Notes under the pieces: model-generated
The model's database searches: none
Told to the model about the DNA's origin: nothing
What the model saw: only the letters and a program-made list of their open reading frames with translations
In this document: positions 27,923 to 32,000 of the stretch, piece by piece
Numbering within the stretch: position 1 is the stretch's first letter
How the letters are laid out: the number at the start of each line of letters is the position of its first letter
Source: Coprobacillaceae bacterium
Lineage (GTDB): Bacteria > Bacillota_I > Bacilli_A > Erysipelotrichales > Coprobacillaceae
Reading direction: 5' to 3'
Assembly (NCBI GenBank): GCA_963675515.1
Contig: OY776328.1
Span: 120,001 to 152,000, forward strand
Length of the DNA: 32,000 bases
Made by a program: the position numbers and the translations under genes

Positions 27923-29308
27923 TTAACCCCTCACATCCTTCAATGAATTGAAATTCAACGGGTTCCCGTTTTCATCAACCTGGGCCAGATTGTTGAAGCG
28001 GGAATATTCCTTTTGGAACTGGAGTTTGACCTCTCCGGTCGATCCGTTCCGGTGCTTGGCAATTATCAACTCGGCGATATTGTTCTCTTCTTGAGCCTCA
28101 TCCCCGAGTTTCTTATAGTAATCCTCGCGGTAAATGAATGAAACGATATCCGCATCCTGCTCGATTGCCCCCGATTCCCTCAAATCAGACAACATCGGTC
28201 TTTTGTTTTCACGCTGTTCCACCGAACGGGAAAGCTGAGAAAGAGATAGTACCGGGCATTTCATTTCCCGGGCCAGTGCCTTCAGTTGCCTTGAAATATC
28301 CGACACCTCCTGCTGCCTTGACTCCCTTGAAGATGTAGACCCGGTAATCAGTTGCAGGTAGTCAATCAGGATAAGCTTCAAACCGTGATGTTCATGATTC
28401 AGTTTGCGACACTTGCTTATGATATCGTTGATCCTGATCCCTGCCGAATCATCGATGTAAAGATTGCACTTGTTGACCCTCTCGGCGGCACCGTAATACT
28501 TCATGGAATCGTGTTTGAGCACTTCACCGGTCCGCATCAGACTCCCCTCGATCTCACCCATCGAACAGATGATCCGCTGGACCAGCTGTTCGGCAGGCAT
28601 TTCGAGAGAGAATATCGCTACCGGCAAGTCTGAATTTTCAGCCACCTGATGGGCGATGTTCAAGGCAAATGCGGTCTTCCCCATCGCCGGGCGGGCCGCA
28701 AGTATGATCAAATCCCCGGGCTGAAGTCCTGAGGTTATCTTGTCGAGATCCTTGAATCCCGTCGCCACCCCGGATATTCCGCCACTTTGCGCCTGCAGGA
28801 TGTTCAGCCGCTCGGTGATATTGTTGACCACGCCGCGAATCTGCTTGAAATCTCCCGCCTCACGACTTTGGGTAACTTCAAGCAATTTTTTTTCAACTTC
28901 CATGATGAAATCATCAAGATCATCTACCGGTTCGTATGATTCCTCGACAATCTGACTGGCTTGATAGATGATCTTGCGCAGCGTCGACTTCTCAATAAGG
29001 ATCTTGAGATAATAATCCGTATGGGCAACCGTCGGCAAGGCATCCACCAAAGCTATCAGGTATTCCATACCTCCGGTTCGCTCACTTTGAGAGTGATCGT
29101 TCAGGTAGGAATTGACTGTCGCGTAATCGACCCCCTGACCCTTTGCGGCCACCTTGGAGATTGCTTCAAAAATATAACGGTTGCTGTCGATGTAGAAATC
29201 TTCCGGAGCGGCTTGGTTCAAAACCCGATTGACAATATCATTATCAATAAGCATGGCCCCAAGCAAAGCCCGCTCAGCTTCAATATCATGTGGAATTTCC
29301 CGAGCCAT
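27923..29308 (-). CDS. dnaB: Replicative DNA helicase (DnaB family; DnaC in Bacillus nomenclature)
   Basis: 461 aa. It has the N-terminus PHDIEAERALLGAML, Walker A ARPAMGKTAF, Walker B LILIDYLQL, and QLSR/REDYY motifs. Confidence 0.95.
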   Translation of the reverse strand: MAREIPHDIEAERALLGAMLIDNDIVNRVLNQAAPEDFYIDSNRYIFEAISKVAAKGQGVDYATVNSYLNDHSQSERTGGMEYLIALVDALPTVAHTDYYLKILIEKSTLRKIIYQASQIVEESYEPVDDLDDFIMEVEKKLLEVTQSREAGDFKQIRGVVNNITERLNILQAQSGGISGVATGFKDLDKITSGLQPGDLIILAARPAMGKTAFALNIAHQVAENSDLPVAIFSLEMPAEQLVQRIICSMGEIEGSLMRTGEVLKHDSMKYYGAAERVNKCNLYIDDSAGIRINDIISKCRKLNHEHHGLKLILIDYLQLITGSTSSRESRQQEVSDISRQLKALAREMKCPVLSLSQLSRSVEQRENKRPMLSDLRESGAIEQDADIVSFIYREDYYKKLGDEAQEENNIAELIIAKHRNGSTGEVKLQFQKEYSRFNNLAQVDENGNPLNFNSLKDVRG

Positions 29309-29318
29309 ACCTTACCTC

Positions 29319-29765
29319 CTATTCCTCAATCAGATGAACAGTGATTGTCGCAACCACATTGCGATACAGTTCGACCTTGATCTTTGTGTATCCCAAGGCC
29401 TGAATCGGATGGGCGTCGATCATCTTGCGTTTGTCCACTCTGATGTCATGCTTCTCCCGAAGGTCCTGGACTATCTGTTTGGTTGATACGGATCCGAAAG
29501 TACGACCGTCTTTCCCTGATTTCAACTTATATTCCAAGGTGATTGCTTCAATTACGTCTTTGAGTTTTTCAGCTTCTTTTTTTCGTTCCAGTTCCTCAAG
29601 TTCTCTTTGTTTCTCGTTTTCCTTGACCACCTCTTTGCCATAGGCAGTTTCAATAACGGCCAACTTGTTCTTGATCAGGAAATTTTGCCCGTAGCCATCC
29701 GCCACTTTGACAACGTCACCCTTTTTTCCTACTTTTTTAACATCTTCCAATAATATTACTTTCAT
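29319..29765 (-). CDS. rplI: 50S ribosomal protein L9
   Basis: 148 aa beginning [30 protein letters not shown]. The start overlaps the gdpP stop by 1 nt (TAATG). Confidence 0.95.
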   Translation of the reverse strand: MKVILLEDVKKVGKKGDVVKVADGYGQNFLIKNKLAVIETAYGKEVVKENEKQRELEELERKKEAEKLKDVIEAITLEYKLKSGKDGRTFGSVSTKQIVQDLREKHDIRVDKRKMIDAHPIQALGYTKIKVELYRNVVATITVHLIEE

Positions 29766-31729
29766 TATTCTCCATTCCTTTCTTCCAAATAATTGTCGAT
29801 TGCGGCCTCAAGTTTTTTCAACACCTTCTCGATGTCGTTGGACGCAATCTGAGCCGCGGCCATGGTAAAATGGCCGCCACCACCCAAGCTTTCGCAAATA
29901 ACCTGGACATTGATGTTCGATGTTGAGCGGGCTGATACCGCAACCTCGTTTTCATCAGCCAAACCGACTACGAAAACGGCGTCTATGTCCGATATTTGCA
30001 TCATATCGTTACCGACCTGAGCCAGGATGGTCCTGGTGACAAACTGGTTTTCATCACCAAATGCAATCAGTATGTTTTCTTTGTAAAGATAACTGTTTGA
30101 CTTGATGTTGATTTTGGCCTTGACTGTAAGGTAATCATCCTGGAGCAGATCATAAGCCCCCTTGATGTCGGCTTGCATTTCTTTCAATGTTGCCGCAATT
30201 TCAAAAGTGCGACTTGAAACCCGGTTATTGAAAAACGAGGTGTCAATAAGCAGCCCGGTATACATGATTGTCGCTTCCCGCTCAGTGACTGTTATCTCCT
30301 CTTTGAAATAAAGCATGAGCTCGACCGAAAGCTCGACAGTCGAACTCGCAGCCGGTTCCAGGTATGTCAGTACCGGTGCGTTCACAAACTCTTCGGAGCG
30401 GCGGTGATGGTCGATCACAACCCGATTCTTAACCGCCCGAAGCACATCCTTGGATATCGCCAAAGACGGCTTGTGATTGTCGACATTTATCAACAGTGTC
30501 CCATTGCGATTGAGTTCCAATGCCGTACTTGGACTGATGAAGACATCGCTGTAATAGGGATCTTCAATCAGTTCGCGGTAAACGGGGAGGACCTTTTCCT
30601 CAAGGGAAGTGGCATCGATGATGATGTGGACATTCTTGGAAAACGCCCGGCAAATCTTGTAAAATGCCAGCGAGCTTCCAAAAGAGTCGAAATCGGAAAT
30701 TATATGGCCCATGATGTAAATGTTTGTGGCCTGTTTTACCAACCCTTTTAGCGCCTGGGCAATAACCCGGGCCTTGATCCTTGAAGACGATTCGCCAACG
30801 GTAAGGTTCCCGCCAAAATACCGGACCTCTTCATCCTTGGTCTTGACCGCCACCTGGGCTCCGCCTCTTGATCGGGCCAGGTTGATGGCACCGATGGCCA
30901 TTTCATCCAGTTCCCGAACAGCTGTTGCCTGGCGCCCGATCCCCATTGACAAAGACAGCACCGCATCATAGTCATCGGCCAGGGCATTGACATCGTCGAT
31001 GATTTTGAACTTGTCGGCGATCATCTTGTTGTAGATACGTTCATTGAAAAAGCCGAAATAGGTGTCGTCTTTGTATTTTTTCAGTGCGATATCATTGGCA
31101 TCGGCCCAGTCGACTATCATCTCCCGAAGCCTCGATTGGAGCATGGTCGCATTCCTCTCGTCAAGAGAACTGAAAACCTCCTCATAGTTGTCGATCGACA
31201 GGTAGATAATGCATACCTGCTGGTCAAAGAAGTCATTCTCCAAAGTGAAAAAATCGGTTATATCCTTGAGATACATGATTCTCTTGCTGTGATCATTGTA
31301 CACTTCGAATTTGTGTCCACGGACATCGATGACTGTTGTCTCGTCCTGATTCTCGAACAGTTTTGTGAGTTTGGGCTGCCATTCGATGATTTTCTTGCCA
31401 TTGACGAATGCCCCGATACTCTTGAATATGTCGCTGCTCCATTCGATATTGCGGCTTTCATCATAATGGATGATTCCCAGCCCGCCATATAAAAAGAGGT
31501 TCTCCGCCTCTTCATTGACCGCATCATAGATATCAACCGTCTCCCGCAAAAGCAAATTGGCGGTCACGATCGCCAGAAGGCTTATCGCGATCGAGTATAT
31601 AGACACCATGACCAAAATAGTCATCGAAGTATATGACTGAACAATTATCTGCGAAATTACAGCTACGGTCAGGGTGATCAAAACCCCCATCATAATTATG
31701 TTACGAGCTAAAATTATTCTTTTTGCCAT
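29765..31729 (-). CDS. gdpP: Cyclic-di-AMP phosphodiesterase GdpP (YybT-type: 2 TM, PAS-like, degenerate GGDEF, DHH/DHHA1)
   Basis: 654 aa. It has N-terminal TM helices, DHH-family motifs ([16 protein letters not shown]) and DHHA1 GGGGH. The synteny yybS-gdpP-rplI-dnaB is conserved. Confidence 0.9.
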   Translation of the reverse strand: MAKRIILARNIIMMGVLITLTVAVISQIIVQSYTSMTILVMVSIYSIAISLLAIVTANLLLRETVDIYDAVNEEAENLFLYGGLGIIHYDESRNIEWSSDIFKSIGAFVNGKKIIEWQPKLTKLFENQDETTVIDVRGHKFEVYNDHSKRIMYLKDITDFFTLENDFFDQQVCIIYLSIDNYEEVFSSLDERNATMLQSRLREMIVDWADANDIALKKYKDDTYFGFFNERIYNKMIADKFKIIDDVNALADDYDAVLSLSMGIGRQATAVRELDEMAIGAINLARSRGGAQVAVKTKDEEVRYFGGNLTVGESSSRIKARVIAQALKGLVKQATNIYIMGHIISDFDSFGSSLAFYKICRAFSKNVHIIIDATSLEEKVLPVYRELIEDPYYSDVFISPSTALELNRNGTLLINVDNHKPSLAISKDVLRAVKNRVVIDHHRRSEEFVNAPVLTYLEPAASSTVELSVELMLYFKEEITVTEREATIMYTGLLIDTSFFNNRVSSRTFEIAATLKEMQADIKGAYDLLQDDYLTVKAKINIKSNSYLYKENILIAFGDENQFVTRTILAQVGNDMMQISDIDAVFVVGLADENEVAVSARSTSNINVQVICESLGGGGHFTMAAAQIASNDIEKVLKKLEAAIDNYLEERNGE

Positions 31730-31731
31730 AA

Positions 31732-32000
31732 TTATCTTCCTTTTTTGTAATGTGATTGAATCTTCATCAAGACAAACCTCGAGTAGTTGTTGATTATCAG
31801 GCTTTCCATAAATCCAATCAGGACCGGTGTCGCACCATAGACAAGCATCACATATTCCTGCCCTAGACCAAACATACTGGTCAACTCCTGGGCTTCCTGG
31901 ATACCGTTCATTAAAAACAATTCCCCCAATACGATGAAAACAAAAATGTTTTTTACGACTGCCAGGAAGGAAATCGTCATCCAGCAGCGATAATAGGGAA
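31732..32000 (-). CDS. C-terminal part of a YybS-like (DUF2232) membrane protein; open to the right window edge
   Basis: The reading frame stays open upstream of the track ATG (31980) to position 32000. The protein is hydrophobic. The call rests mainly on its position directly upstream of gdpP. Confidence 0.45.
   Translation of the reverse strand, partial: PYYRCWMTISFLAVVKNIFVFIVLGELFLMNGIQEAQELTSMFGLGQEYVMLVYGATPVLIGFMESLIINNYSRFVLMKIQSHYKKGR

Overview
The window looks like a housekeeping chromosomal segment from a low-GC Gram-positive (Bacillota-like) bacterium. This is inferred from the gene order tilS-hpt-ftsH-(small ORF)-hslO-dusB, prfA-prmC, and yybS-like-gdpP-rplI-dnaB-tdk, plus the presence of T-box and TPP riboswitch leaders. 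About 26 protein genes are supported, most on the minus strand. They are: enolase (5' partial), thiD and a fused thiM-thiE behind a TPP riboswitch, a CzrA-like ArsR repressor with a P1B-2 Zn/Cd ATPase, T-box(Lys)-controlled lysS, a 1025-aa fused MacB/FtsX-type ABC transporter, a Gfo/Idh/MocA oxidoreductase, a Dabb/esterase/flavin-reductase trio, an orphan hybrid histidine kinase, yggS, an FNT channel, dusB, hslO, ftsH, hpt, tilS, a GNAT, prmC, prfA, a LUD-domain protein, tdk, dnaB, rplI, gdpP and a partial yybS-like gene. I found no CRISPR array, transposase, integrase, rRNA or tRNA, and no recognisable defence system. The stretch the coding features do not explain is about 1 kb at 25405-26433. 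It is AT-rich (about 29% GC by my hand count) and has no ORF of 60 aa or more in any frame. Its right two-thirds are framed by a plausible sigma-A promoter and a strong intrinsic terminator on the plus strand. It contains strand-specific hairpins and a clustered AGATT motif, so it is a candidate large non-coding RNA that needs covariance-model and transcript evidence. Secondary curiosities are a hybrid kinase with Tyr in place of the phospho-accepting His, an untracked 32-codon membrane-peptide ORF in front of hslO, a roughly 600-aa extracytoplasmic insert in the ABC transporter, a ThiM-ThiE fusion, and T-box control of a class II lysS. Many track ORFs are antisense shadows of real genes and are rejected.
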